DNA of 64,000 bases, from the NCBI GenBank assembly GCA_963755715.1, contig CAVWLW010000024.1, forward strand, positions 1 to 64,000, given 5' to 3'. Origin of the DNA: an uncultured delta proteobacterium (lineage in GTDB: Bacteria; Desulfobacterota; Binatia; UBA9968). How positions within the stretch are numbered: position 1 is the first letter of the stretch; the number at the start of each line of letters is the position of its first letter. The notes beneath the pieces were generated by a model that saw only the letters and a list, made by a program, of their open reading frames with translations, did no database searches and was not told the origin of the DNA. Of this stretch, positions 49,676-59,207 are shown in pieces. The translations under genes and the position numbers were made by a program.

Positions 49676-50008
49676 TCATTCGTCCAGTGGTAAGAGCTGG
49701 CGTAGGATCATGCCACTGGTGAGAAGGAGCGCGCCGGTGATAATCGCAGCGCCGAGCGGAGCCAGGGTGATGAATTCGATGACGGTGACTGCGGCCGCGA
49801 CAACGATGGCGAGGCTGAGCTTGAGATAAAACGTTATGGTTTCCGAGCGCCGCTTGGGGTTGCCAAAAAGAAGCGAGCGGTCGATTTCAGAAAAGATCGG
49901 TTGTTTTCTGCGCCAGCGGCGAAACTGAATCAGTCTGACCGTGAACCAGATCACGAAGAAAAGGACCGGCGCTTCGGACAGGATGTATCCCATTTTTTCC
50001 ATGAGCAT
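49676..50008 (-). CDS. Hypothetical membrane protein
   Basis: 110-aa ORF with three hydrophobic segments. Confidence 0.6.
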   Translation of the reverse strand: MLMEKMGYILSEAPVLFFVIWFTVRLIQFRRWRRKQPIFSEIDRSLLFGNPKRRSETITFYLKLSLAIVVAAAVTVIEFITLAPLGAAIITGALLLTSGMILRQLLPLDE

Positions 50009-50235
50009 GTGACTGTTGCGCTCTTCGAGAGCATCTCCTTGAAGTCATATTTTCAGCACTACGCTCCGTTGAACGTATTATAAGAGCGTGCAGCGCAAGT
50101 CAAAGCCCCAGTCTGCTGGGTTGCCGACGCGCTGGAATTCGCCTTTGTTGATTTTATTTTGGCAAAAAATATCGGCGGCTTGAAGTACCGCAGGTTATTT
50201 TTGCTTGTCGAGCCTCGGCGCCGCGCGAGCGCGGA

Positions 50236-51078
50236 TCAATCGCGCAGCGCTTGAACCACTTTGGCGACGGTGAGGACGGGCTCGGTTTGATCTTTAAAGC
50301 AGGCAAGCCGCTCACAAATTTCAGCGGCCGCGAGGTGAAAGCCCGTCGGCAAGCCGGCGCCCTCGAACGCCTCGGCGATCTCGCGCATTTCGCCGACGAA
50401 GCGCCATGCCTTCGGCGCGGCGACCGCCGCGGCGCGTTCGCATTTCTTTTCGAGCGCCGGCTGGGAAATCGACCATTCTTCGAGGAGCGCCTGGTCGACG
50501 CCTTCGTGGGTGGCCAATGCACGGATTGCCAGAACCAAAGCGTCGGTGCATTTTGTCCAGGCGGCATAGGTGACCTTCAATGCCGAGGCTGCTCCCGGAG
50601 CGGGGCCGATCGCTCGAGCGTCGAGCATGCTGCCGCTAAAAAGGGCGGCAACTTCCGAGGCGCGCGAGCCGGAAAGATAGAGACGCGTGGTGCCGGCTTT
50701 TTGAACCGGCGCGCCGATGATGCCGCCGTCGACAAAGCTGGCGCCGGACGCGCCGACGATCGCGCCGATCTGCTCCGCGGTCGCGCGCGATACGGCATTG
50801 GCGTCGACGTAAATGCCTGAGAATCTTTCCGCTGCTACAGCGCGCGCAACATCGAGCGCCGCGTGCGGTGGACAAACGGATAAGACCACGTCCGCTTGGC
50901 GCAGCGCGTCGGCCAAAGTCCCCGCATCGAAAAGTCCTGCGCGCTCGGCGCGTCGGCGCGTCGCCGCGCCGCGTTCGTGCGATGCCCACAAGACGCGAGC
51001 GCCGCTCGCCGCTGCAGCCGCGCCGATCGTCGCGCCCATATTGCCCGGATGGAACAGTGCGATGGTTTTCTTGGCCAT
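50236..51078 (-). CDS. NAD(P)-dependent oxidoreductase (6PGDH-like, DUF1932)
   Basis: HPGNMGA, LSVCPP, VDGGIIG, ASALKV and KAWRFVGEMREIA. Confidence 0.88.
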   Translation of the reverse strand: MAKKTIALFHPGNMGATIGAAAAASGARVLWASHERGAATRRRAERAGLFDAGTLADALRQADVVLSVCPPHAALDVARAVAAERFSGIYVDANAVSRATAEQIGAIVGASGASFVDGGIIGAPVQKAGTTRLYLSGSRASEVAALFSGSMLDARAIGPAPGAASALKVTYAAWTKCTDALVLAIRALATHEGVDQALLEEWSISQPALEKKCERAAAVAAPKAWRFVGEMREIAEAFEGAGLPTGFHLAAAEICERLACFKDQTEPVLTVAKVVQALRD

Positions 51079-51191
51079 GGGATATTCCTCCTCTTTGTAC
51101 CCTAGTCGAAGCGCTCGATCGGAGTCAAGAAAAGGCGCCCGTTGCGCGGCGGATTCTTGACGATCTGATAGCGCGTTGATATGCCAGCAAC

Positions 51192-52295
51192 ATGCTTATC
51201 CTCAGCAACGAAGAAATCGAGTCGTTTCTTTCTATCAAGGTTTGCATTGATGCCCTGGAAAAAGCCTACCGAAGCTGGGACAAGGGCACGGCGATCAACC
51301 GGCCGCGCACGGATTTGGTCATGCCTTCGTCGAACGAGGCGGGCGTATACGCTTTCAAGTCCATGGAGGCCGGCCTCTATGACCCGCCGATCGTCGCCAT
51401 GCGGGTCAATTCTGACATCATCCGCTGGAACCAACGGGGCAATCGAACGATCAAAACGAAAATTCCCGCGGCGCCCGGCGACAAATACGTCGGTCTAGTC
51501 ATGTTATTTTCGACCATCACCGGCGAACCGTTGGCGATGTTTCCCGATGGTGTGGTGCAGCGTATGCGGGTCGCGTCGAGCAGCGCGTTGGCCGCACGCT
51601 ATTTGGCCCGGGAAGACTCGAGCACGATGGCGCTCTTCGGCTCGGGCTGGCAGGCGGGGAGTCATCTACCCGCCATGTGCGCCGTGCGCCCGATTAAAAG
51701 AGTCAATGTTTTCAGTCCGACCAAAGGCAATCTTGAAGCATTCGTAAAAGAACTCCAGCCCAAGGTCGAGGCCGAAGTGCGAGCGGCGGAAAGTCCCGAG
51801 GACGCAGTGCGCGATGCCGACATCATCGCCACCACAACCAACTCTCTGACTCGCGTCGTCAATCCGGACTGGGTCAAGCCCGGTCTTCATTTGACCTGCG
51901 TCCGGGTGCCGGAACTGGGCGACGAAACGATCCGCAAAGTGGATCGCTTGGTGATTCATGCCCATCAGCATGCGCCATTAAACTACGTCGCCGGCTACGG
52001 CGAAGAAGGCATTCAAGCCCACGATGCGATAGACATCATTAAAAAGGGACCGGCGCATGCCCATGAAATCAATATCGAGCATCCGTTCTGGTTATCCGCG
52101 CCTGCGCTCAAAGAATTGGTGACGGGCAAAGCCGAGCGGCGCGCCAATGCGCAGGAGTCTACTTGTTTCCTCAACAACATCGGCATCGGCTTGCAGTTCG
52201 CGGCCGTCGGCGCGGCTGTCTATAGCGAAGCTAAGGCTAAAGGGATTGGCCGCGAGTTGCCGACGGATTGGTTCCTGGAGAGCGTCCATCCGTAA
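51192..52295 (+). CDS. Ornithine cyclodeaminase/mu-crystallin family protein
   Basis: TGEPLA, RMRVA, FGSGWQA and GIGLQFAA. Confidence 0.9.
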   Translation: MLILSNEEIESFLSIKVCIDALEKAYRSWDKGTAINRPRTDLVMPSSNEAGVYAFKSMEAGLYDPPIVAMRVNSDIIRWNQRGNRTIKTKIPAAPGDKYVGLVMLFSTITGEPLAMFPDGVVQRMRVASSSALAARYLAREDSSTMALFGSGWQAGSHLPAMCAVRPIKRVNVFSPTKGNLEAFVKELQPKVEAEVRAAESPEDAVRDADIIATTTNSLTRVVNPDWVKPGLHLTCVRVPELGDETIRKVDRLVIHAHQHAPLNYVAGYGEEGIQAHDAIDIIKKGPAHAHEINIEHPFWLSAPALKELVTGKAERRANAQESTCFLNNIGIGLQFAAVGAAVYSEAKAKGIGRELPTDWFLESVHP

Positions 52296-52347
52296 ACAAA
52301 AACTTAAGCTTCGTCCCAGAGCTACACAGATTTAGAAGGCCAGTGGC

Positions 52348-53331
52348 ATGGTGCTCCGGTCTTGGATAGCGACCCTACTTCTCATCGCGGTTACAGTTTT
52401 GCCGGCGCGTGGGCAAGACAAACCAAAGATTTATTTCGGCGCATCGAGCAAAACTCTCGGTTATGGCCCGTTATGGGTCGCGGTGAAAAAGGGCTTTCTC
52501 GAACAGCAGGGGCTGGACGGCCAGCTGGTGCTCTTGCGCGGCACGCCGATGAACGTGCAGGCGTTGGCCGCCAATTCCTTGCAGGTGGGCTCGGGCGGCG
52601 CGGAAGCGTTCTACGAAGCATCGGAACGCGGCCTCGACCTGGTCATGATTGGCGGCATCATCAACGGTCTCACGCACGACATCATCGCCGGCAAGAAATA
52701 CAAAAGCATCGAAGATCTGCGCGGCGCGACGTTCGGCGCTTCTTCATTGACCAGCGGCACCGTTACCGCCATGAAGCAGGCGCTCAAGGCGAAGGGGCTG
52801 GAGTATCCGCGCGACTATAAAATCCTTGTGCTCGCCGGCGGGTCGTCGGCCAATCTTGCGGCGCTGCAATCCGGCCAGATCGCGGCAACCACCGTGGCGA
52901 TCCCGCTAAACTATGTTGCCGAGGAAAACGGTCTCAACGTCGTCGGCCGGCTCATCGATGCGGTGCCGGAGTTCGAATTGAGCGCATTGGCGGTGAAACG
53001 ATCCTGGGCGGAAAAAAACCGCTCGTTGGCGGTGCGCTTCATGAAAGCCATCGCCCTGACACACCGCTGGATGTATGAGAACAAAGAGGCGGCGATCGAG
53101 TTTCTCGCGCGCGAGATGCAACTCAAACCGATTTATGCGCGCCGCGGTTGGGAATATTATACCCAGCATCAAATCTGGCATCCGGACGGCGATCTGAGCC
53201 TAAAGGGCACCGAATACGCGATTCGGATCTACATGGAACAGGTCAATGCCAAGGGACCATTAGGGAGTTTGGCAAAATATATAGATCAGAGCTATTTAAG
53301 CGAGGCGCTGAAGGATTTAAACAGGAAATGA
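52348..53331 (+). CDS. NMT1/THI5(SsuA)-like substrate-binding protein
   Basis: Signal peptide; PLWVAVKKGFLEQQGL, EDLRGA and AALQSGQIAA. Confidence 0.9.
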   Translation: MVLRSWIATLLLIAVTVLPARGQDKPKIYFGASSKTLGYGPLWVAVKKGFLEQQGLDGQLVLLRGTPMNVQALAANSLQVGSGGAEAFYEASERGLDLVMIGGIINGLTHDIIAGKKYKSIEDLRGATFGASSLTSGTVTAMKQALKAKGLEYPRDYKILVLAGGSSANLAALQSGQIAATTVAIPLNYVAEENGLNVVGRLIDAVPEFELSALAVKRSWAEKNRSLAVRFMKAIALTHRWMYENKEAAIEFLAREMQLKPIYARRGWEYYTQHQIWHPDGDLSLKGTEYAIRIYMEQVNAKGPLGSLAKYIDQSYLSEALKDLNRK

Positions 53332-53523
53332 GTATGCACCTCGCCGTCTTTTATATCTAGCCGGAACAGGTTCATCGCCCGGATAGAGCCGAGTGGCGGT
53401 CTCAATTCTATCGCGCGCCTTGCTCAAACGTTAAACGTTGTTAATTTCTCGAACCACATTGACTGCGACAACCAATCGCGGTACCCATGAAAGGGTCCCA
53501 AAAATGCTGAAAGGAGACAAACA

Positions 53524-54180
53524 ATGGCTATTCGATTAGGTGACGTGGCGCCAGACTTTTCCGCTGATACCAGCGAAGGCAAAATTAACTTTCACGAGTG
53601 GATCGGCAATAGCTTTGCGATTCTTTTCTCGCATCCGAAAGATTTTACTCCCGTTTGCACAACCGAGCTCGGTTACATGGCGGGCCTCAAGCCCGAGTTC
53701 GACAAGCGCAACTGCAAGATCATCGGACTCAGCGCCGACCCGGTGAGTGATCATACAAACTGGGCTAAAGACATTCAGGAGACGCAGGGACATGCGCCGA
53801 ACTACCCGATCATCGGCGACTCGGACTTGGCGGTCGCCAAGCTCTACGACATGCTCCCGGCCAGCGAGACTCCTGGCAAACGCACCGCGGCGGACAACCA
53901 GACGGTACGCTCGGTGTTCGTCATCGGCCCGGACAAGAAGATCAAGGCGATGCTCATCTACCCGATGAGCACAGGCCGCAACTTCGATGAAGTGCTGCGC
54001 CTGCTCGATTCGGTGCAGCTTACCGCCAAGCATACGGTCGCGACGCCCGTCAATTGGAAGCCGGGCCAGGATGTCATCATCCCCACGTCGGTTTCTGACG
54101 AGGACGCCAAGAAGAAGTATCCGCAGGGCTATAAAACGCTCAAGCCTTACCTGCGCGTCGTTTCGCAGCCGAAGAGCTAG
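53524..54180 (+). CDS. 1-Cys peroxiredoxin (Prx6 family)
   Basis: FSHPKDFTPVCTTE, YPMSTGRNFDE and ATPVNW. Confidence 0.95.
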   Translation: MAIRLGDVAPDFSADTSEGKINFHEWIGNSFAILFSHPKDFTPVCTTELGYMAGLKPEFDKRNCKIIGLSADPVSDHTNWAKDIQETQGHAPNYPIIGDSDLAVAKLYDMLPASETPGKRTAADNQTVRSVFVIGPDKKIKAMLIYPMSTGRNFDEVLRLLDSVQLTAKHTVATPVNWKPGQDVIIPTSVSDEDAKKKYPQGYKTLKPYLRVVSQPKS

Positions 54181-54212
54181 CTTCTCCTGTTCCTAGCGCC
54201 GGTCACACAGAC

Positions 54213-54240
54213 GAGCGGGCGATCGACAGATCGCTCGCTC
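54213..54240. terminator. Stem-loop downstream of the peroxiredoxin
   Basis: gagcgggcgatc-gaca-gatcgctcgctc; no clear U-tract. Confidence 0.45.
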
Positions 54241-54508
54241 GCCTAAATCAGCCGACCGCTTCCAATCGCGCTGAGTTCACCGAAAAAATTGCCATCGTTT
54301 TACGATTGACTCCTGGACGATTTCGCCCCAACATTTGCAAAATATTGAAGACGTCGCGGGCGTCATTACTCGGCATTGAAGAAGAGCCGGATGAAAGTGG
54401 CAAAGACTTTCTCAACCGGTTGGCGAGAAGATTTGAAATTTCCTTGCCGAGGAATTGCCTTTGGAAGAGGAACGTTCTCCCCCGGTAACTTACGCGCTGT
54501 ACCTTCAG

Positions 54509-55225
54509 TCAAATGCCCAGATGCTGATGCAGCAACTCGGGCTTGGCTTTCAGCTCTTCTCCGCTTCCTGCAAAAACGACAAGGCCTTTGACGAGAATCA
54601 CGTTGCGATCGGTGAGCGCCGAAAGCGCCGCGAAGTTTTTGTCAACGATGATCGCGGCGATGCCGGACTCGCGCACGGATTTAAGGATTCGCCAGATTTC
54701 TCGCGCGACGAGCGGAGCCAGGCCTTCAGTTGCCTCGTCAAGAATCAGCAGCGTGGGATTGGTCATGAGCGCTCGGCCGATCGAGAGCATCTGCTGCTCG
54801 CCGCCGGAGAGTTGCTGACCGCCATGCGCGAGTCGCTCGGTGAGACGTGGAAAAGTGTCAAGAACGCGCTCGAGGGTCCAGTCTTGCCGGCCACTGGCGC
54901 CGACGCGCGCCGCCATCAACAGATTTTCTCTGACCGTGAGGTTCGGAAAAATACCGCGTCCTTCGGGAACGTAAGCGATGCCCTGACGCGCGATCAGGTA
55001 CGGCGCGGTGTTCGTCATCACACGGCCGTTGATTCTGACGTCGCCGCGGCGCGGCGGAACATGCCCGACCAAGGCGCGAATAAGCGTGGTTTTGCCCATG
55101 CCATTGCGTCCCATCAAACCGATTGATTCGCCGGCGCGCACGGAGAAGTCGACGCCGTGCAAGATATGGCTAGCGCCGTAGTAAGTGTGCAACTCGCGGG
55201 CTTCAATGATCGGGGCGTTGGTCAT
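54509..55225 (-). CDS. livF: Branched-chain-type ABC transporter ATPase (LivF-like)
   Basis: GRNGMGKTT, LSGGEQQ and LDEATEGL. Confidence 0.92.
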   Translation of the reverse strand: MTNAPIIEARELHTYYGASHILHGVDFSVRAGESIGLMGRNGMGKTTLIRALVGHVPPRRGDVRINGRVMTNTAPYLIARQGIAYVPEGRGIFPNLTVRENLLMAARVGASGRQDWTLERVLDTFPRLTERLAHGGQQLSGGEQQMLSIGRALMTNPTLLILDEATEGLAPLVAREIWRILKSVRESGIAAIIVDKNFAALSALTDRNVILVKGLVVFAGSGEELKAKPELLHQHLGI

Positions 55226-55983
55226 GAAATTTCATCCGAACTGCCAAGATACGCGTTCTGCACTTCGCGATTGGCGCGAATTTCCGCCGGCGCGCCAGTA
55301 GCCAGGACTTTGCCGTTTACCATCACGGTTAGAACGTCAGCCAATTGAAACACCGCATCCATGTCGTGCTCGACCAGCAAGATTGCATGAGTATCCGCGA
55401 GGCGACCGATGAGGTCGACCATTTTTTGAGATTCTTCCGTGCCCATGCCGGCAAGCGGTTCGTCGAGCAATAAGAGCTGCGGCGCGGTGGCAAGACACAT
55501 GGCGAGCTCCAGTTGACGCTGCTCGCCGTGGCTGAGCGCTAAGGCAATATCATCGGTACGGTCCGCCAATTCTACCGCCGCGAGAGCGCGGCGCGCTTGC
55601 TCCATTGCATCGCCATAGCTCGACGCAGCGCGCCACCAGTTCAGCGGGCGGGGTGCGCGCGATTGCGCGGCGAGACGACAATTTTCCAATACAGTGAAGC
55701 CGAGAAAAATATTAGTCTTTTGATAGCTGCGGCCGATCCCTAGACGGGAACGCCGCGCTGTCGGGAATTTCGTAATGTCTTTTTCCCGAAACAGGATGCT
55801 ACCCGAGCTCGTCGGCAAATCGCCCGACAATAAGTTAATAAGAGTCGTCTTGCCGGCGCCGTTGGGTCCGATGACTGCATGCAATTCGCCGGTCCGGACT
55901 TGGAGCGATACGTTGTCGACGGCGGCGAGCCCGCCGAAGTTTTTGCACAGGCCGCGGACTTTTAAAATCTCGTCGCCCGTCAT
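55222..55983 (-). CDS. livG: Branched-chain-type ABC transporter ATPase (LivG-like)
   Basis: GPNGAGKTT, LSHGEQR, LDEPLAG and VEHDM; start MTGDEIL. Confidence 0.92.
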   Translation of the reverse strand: MTGDEILKVRGLCKNFGGLAAVDNVSLQVRTGELHAVIGPNGAGKTTLINLLSGDLPTSSGSILFREKDITKFPTARRSRLGIGRSYQKTNIFLGFTVLENCRLAAQSRAPRPLNWWRAASSYGDAMEQARRALAAVELADRTDDIALALSHGEQRQLELAMCLATAPQLLLLDEPLAGMGTEESQKMVDLIGRLADTHAILLVEHDMDAVFQLADVLTVMVNGKVLATGAPAEIRANREVQNAYLGSSDEIS

Positions 55984-56987
55984 GTGCCGTCCGTGCGCGC
56001 GCCGCTCGGTCGCCGGTAGGAAATCCGGCGCAAAGCGATATCGAGAAACCCGCCGATGCCGTGCGGAAAAACGAGCACGATCATGACGATCAAGCCGCCC
56101 ATCCCCAACTGCCAATGCTTGGCGTAAGCGCCGAGCAGCGCCGGAGCGGAAAAAATTTCTTGGAGAAGCACGTAAGAAAAAGCACCGAGCACCGCGCCGT
56201 GTAACCGGCCCATACCGCCGAGGATGACCATCATCAGCACGAGACCGGATTGTTGCCAGGCGAGAATATCGGGATTGACGAAACCGAATTGGCAGGCGGC
56301 GAGATAGCCGGCCAGCCCTGCGAGCGCGCCGGCGAGCACGAACGCGCCGAGCTTGTACGCGAAGACGGGGAAGCCGATGGAGCGCATGCGCTGTTCGTTG
56401 AGCCGAATGCCGGCCAAGGCGCGGCCGAAGGGCGCGTGCAACACTCGATGTAAAAAAGCGTAAACGGCGACCAACAGGATGAGCACGAAATAATAAAACT
56501 GCACGGGGTTTTCGATATCCAACGGTTTGAATCCCGCGATGGTTAACTCGGGGCGCACGTAGATGTAAATCCCATCGGAGCCGCCGCCCAGCTTGGTGTC
56601 GTGAAAAACGGAGTAGAGCATCTGCGCGAAGGCGAGAGTGACCATGATGAAGTAAACGCCGGCGGTGCGGACGACGAAAAAGCCGATGATTAGAGCGGTT
56701 AAAGCTGCGACAGCCATCGCCGCCGGCAGCGTGAGCCAGAGATTCGCTGCTTCGTATTTCGGTGAGATCAGCGCGAGGGCGTACGCCGCCACACCGAAGT
56801 AGGCCGCGTGTCCGAGACTGACCAACCCGGTATGCCCAACCAGCAGATCGAGGCTCAACGCGAAAATCGCCATGATCATAATTTTCGCGCCTAGCTGAAT
56901 ATAGAAAGTCGCGCCGATGAGCGGAAAGAGGGCCGCGGCGAGCCCGACGGCGATCAGAACGGTGCGCGGCAGAGTGATCGGGATCAC
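55980..56987 (-). CDS. livM: Branched-chain-type ABC permease (LivM-like)
   Basis: GHTGLVSLGHAAYFG, YFIMVTLAFAQ and VILGGMG. Confidence 0.92.
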   Translation of the reverse strand: MIPITLPRTVLIAVGLAAALFPLIGATFYIQLGAKIMIMAIFALSLDLLVGHTGLVSLGHAAYFGVAAYALALISPKYEAANLWLTLPAAMAVAALTALIIGFFVVRTAGVYFIMVTLAFAQMLYSVFHDTKLGGGSDGIYIYVRPELTIAGFKPLDIENPVQFYYFVLILLVAVYAFLHRVLHAPFGRALAGIRLNEQRMRSIGFPVFAYKLGAFVLAGALAGLAGYLAACQFGFVNPDILAWQQSGLVLMMVILGGMGRLHGAVLGAFSYVLLQEIFSAPALLGAYAKHWQLGMGGLIVMIVLVFPHGIGGFLDIALRRISYRRPSGARTDGT

Positions 56988-56994
56988 GGCGCTA

Positions 56995-57852
56995 TCACGC
57001 TTTGTTGGCGATGCCCTGTGGACGCCACAAGAGGATCAGCGCCATTACTAGATAAACGGCGATGGCGGAATACTCCGCGGCGATCACTTTGCCGACAGTG
57101 TCGGCGAAACCGATGGCGAGAGACGCGATCATTGCGCCATTGATCGAACCGATGCCGCCGATCACGACGACGACGAAGCAGATGATCAGGATCTGATTGC
57201 CCATGCCCGGAAATACCGAGGAGATCGGAGCTGCTATGGCACCGGCAAAGGCAGCGAGGCACATGCCAACCGCGAAAACCAAGGCGAACAACAGTGGAAT
57301 ATTTACACCGAGGGAGGCAGCCATCTCGCGGTTGCTGGTGCCGGCGCGAATCATCATGCCGATCCGAGTCTTGTGAATCACGAAGTAGAGCAACCCGGCG
57401 ACTGCGAGGCAGACCGCGGTGATGAACAAACGATAGACGGGGTAGGACAACGTATCGGTGAGCGGGATGGAGTAGTCAAGCAGCGCCGGGATTGCCACGC
57501 CGTGCACTTCATCACCGAACAGAATGCTGCGCAATTCTTCGAAGATCAAAATCAAGCCGAACGTGAGCAAGACTTGATACAAGTGGTCGCGCTTGTACAG
57601 GCGGCTGAAGATTGCCGTCTCAAGCAATAAACCTATGGCGAATGCTATGACGATGCCGATCGGAATCGCCAGCCATAAGCTGCCGGTGAGTTTGGCGAAC
57701 CAATAAGCAAGATAAGCGCCGATCATGTAAAAGCTGCCGTGGGCCAGATTGATCACGCCCATGATTCCGAAGATCAGCGTCAAGCCGCTCGCAAGCAGAA
57801 ACAATAAAAGGCCGTATTGGACGGCGTTGAGTAACTGAATGAGATAGAACAT
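56995..57852 (-). CDS. livH: Branched-chain-type ABC permease (LivH-like)
   Basis: GLTLIFGIMGVINLAHG and VVIGGIGS. Confidence 0.92.
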   Translation of the reverse strand: MFYLIQLLNAVQYGLLLFLLASGLTLIFGIMGVINLAHGSFYMIGAYLAYWFAKLTGSLWLAIPIGIVIAFAIGLLLETAIFSRLYKRDHLYQVLLTFGLILIFEELRSILFGDEVHGVAIPALLDYSIPLTDTLSYPVYRLFITAVCLAVAGLLYFVIHKTRIGMMIRAGTSNREMAASLGVNIPLLFALVFAVGMCLAAFAGAIAAPISSVFPGMGNQILIICFVVVVIGGIGSINGAMIASLAIGFADTVGKVIAAEYSAIAVYLVMALILLWRPQGIANKA

Positions 57853-57861
57853 GAGTAGTTT

Positions 57862-57940
57862 TGTTCCAGCAGTTCCAAATGTTTAGCATGAGTCCTCTAA
57901 TCGGGCTAAACGATTGGAACTTTTTGAACGTTTGGAACGC
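57862..57940. repeat. Imperfect palindrome of 9-nt units between the SBP and permease genes
   Basis: gttccagca gttccaaat gtttag ... ctaaac gattggaac tttttgaac gtttggaac. Confidence 0.7.
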
Positions 57941-57952
57941 GGCGCGTAGCCG

Positions 57953-59143
57953 TTACATTTTACATCCCCGCGCCGGATCGGCCAGGGCTTTGTGCGCGAC
58001 GCTGACGAATTTATTCTCACGGCCGATGACTTTGCGCAGGTAAATGTCCTGAATCGGATTGTGCGCTTTCGACATCGTCCAGGCGCCGCGCGGACTGTCG
58101 ATCTTGGCCTTCTCCATGGCGGCGGTTATTTCCTTGCGCTTGCTAATATCGCCTTTGACTGCGTCGAGCCCGGCGGCGAGCAGCAGGCCGGCATCGTAGC
58201 CCTGCACGGCGTAGACGTCGGGGGCGAACGTATAGGCTTTATAATAAGCGCTGCGGAAGTCGCGGTCGCGTTTTATGTTTAATCCATCGGCGTAGTGCAG
58301 TGTGGTCTCGAGTCCTTGCGCCGCCTCTTCCGTCGCATCGAGCACGCCGTCGGTGAGAAAGCCGGAGCCGAATAGTGGGATGTTTTTTCTCAGCCCCGCC
58401 GCTGCGTAATCTTTGATGAACTTTGCCGCGCCGCCGCCGGCGAAGAACACAAACACGGCATCCGGCTTGATCGAAGCGATTTCGGTCAGCAAAGCTTGGA
58501 ATTCCACATTGGGAAATGGAATCCACAAGCCGCGCACCGATTTGCCGCCGGCTTTGATGAAACCTTCGGTAAACCCTGCGACCGCCTCTTCGCCGGCGCC
58601 GTATTTCCACGCGAGGGAGACAACGTTGCGGATGCCGCGATCGGCGAGCACTTTGCCCATCGGATAGGACGGCTGCCAGTTCGAGAACGAAGTGCGAAAT
58701 ATATTCGGTGAGCACAGCGCCCCGGTGGCGGCATCGAGACCGGCATTGGGAATGATCATGAGCGTATTATTTTCTTTGGCGATCTTTACCATGCCCATTT
58801 GCACGCCGCTATGAACGGTGCCGACCAGCACGTCGACCTTGTCACGCTGCACCAGCTTGTTGGTATTCTCCGGTGCTTTTGCCGGTTCGGCTTCGTCATC
58901 AACCGTAAAATATTCCAGCTCACGTCCGCCGAGCTTGTTGCCGCGCTCGGCGACCGCAAGCTTAAACCCGTTGGTGATGGCGACGCCGAGCTGCGCATAG
59001 GTGCCGGTATAGGGAAGCATCATACCGACGCGGACTTTTTGCGCCTGCGCGAATGCGAATGGCTTCGGCAGCAGCGCGCTGCCACCGAGCAGGGCGGTCG
59101 CGGTCAGGAATTTTCTCCGGTTGATGTTGTGATTGAGTTTCAT
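57953..59143 (-). CDS. Tat-exported ABC substrate-binding protein, aromatic acid (benzoate/4-hydroxybenzoate)-binding-like
   Basis: NRRKFL Tat motif; GTVHSG, NIFRTSF and SPRG; adjacent to benzoate-CoA ligase. Confidence 0.88.
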   Translation of the reverse strand: MKLNHNINRRKFLTATALLGGSALLPKPFAFAQAQKVRVGMMLPYTGTYAQLGVAITNGFKLAVAERGNKLGGRELEYFTVDDEAEPAKAPENTNKLVQRDKVDVLVGTVHSGVQMGMVKIAKENNTLMIIPNAGLDAATGALCSPNIFRTSFSNWQPSYPMGKVLADRGIRNVVSLAWKYGAGEEAVAGFTEGFIKAGGKSVRGLWIPFPNVEFQALLTEIASIKPDAVFVFFAGGGAAKFIKDYAAAGLRKNIPLFGSGFLTDGVLDATEEAAQGLETTLHYADGLNIKRDRDFRSAYYKAYTFAPDVYAVQGYDAGLLLAAGLDAVKGDISKRKEITAAMEKAKIDSPRGAWTMSKAHNPIQDIYLRKVIGRENKFVSVAHKALADPARGCKM

Positions 59144-59158
59144 CTCATCCTCCAGGCC

Positions 59159-59185
59159 GCAGGGCGCAGCATGCTGCGCCCCTAC
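59159..59185 (-). repeat. GTAG-type REP palindrome
   Basis: Minus strand reads GTAGGGGCGCAGCATGCTGCGCCCTGC. Confidence 0.6.
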
Positions 59186-59207
59186 GATTCTATCACTTTG
59201 GTTATTT

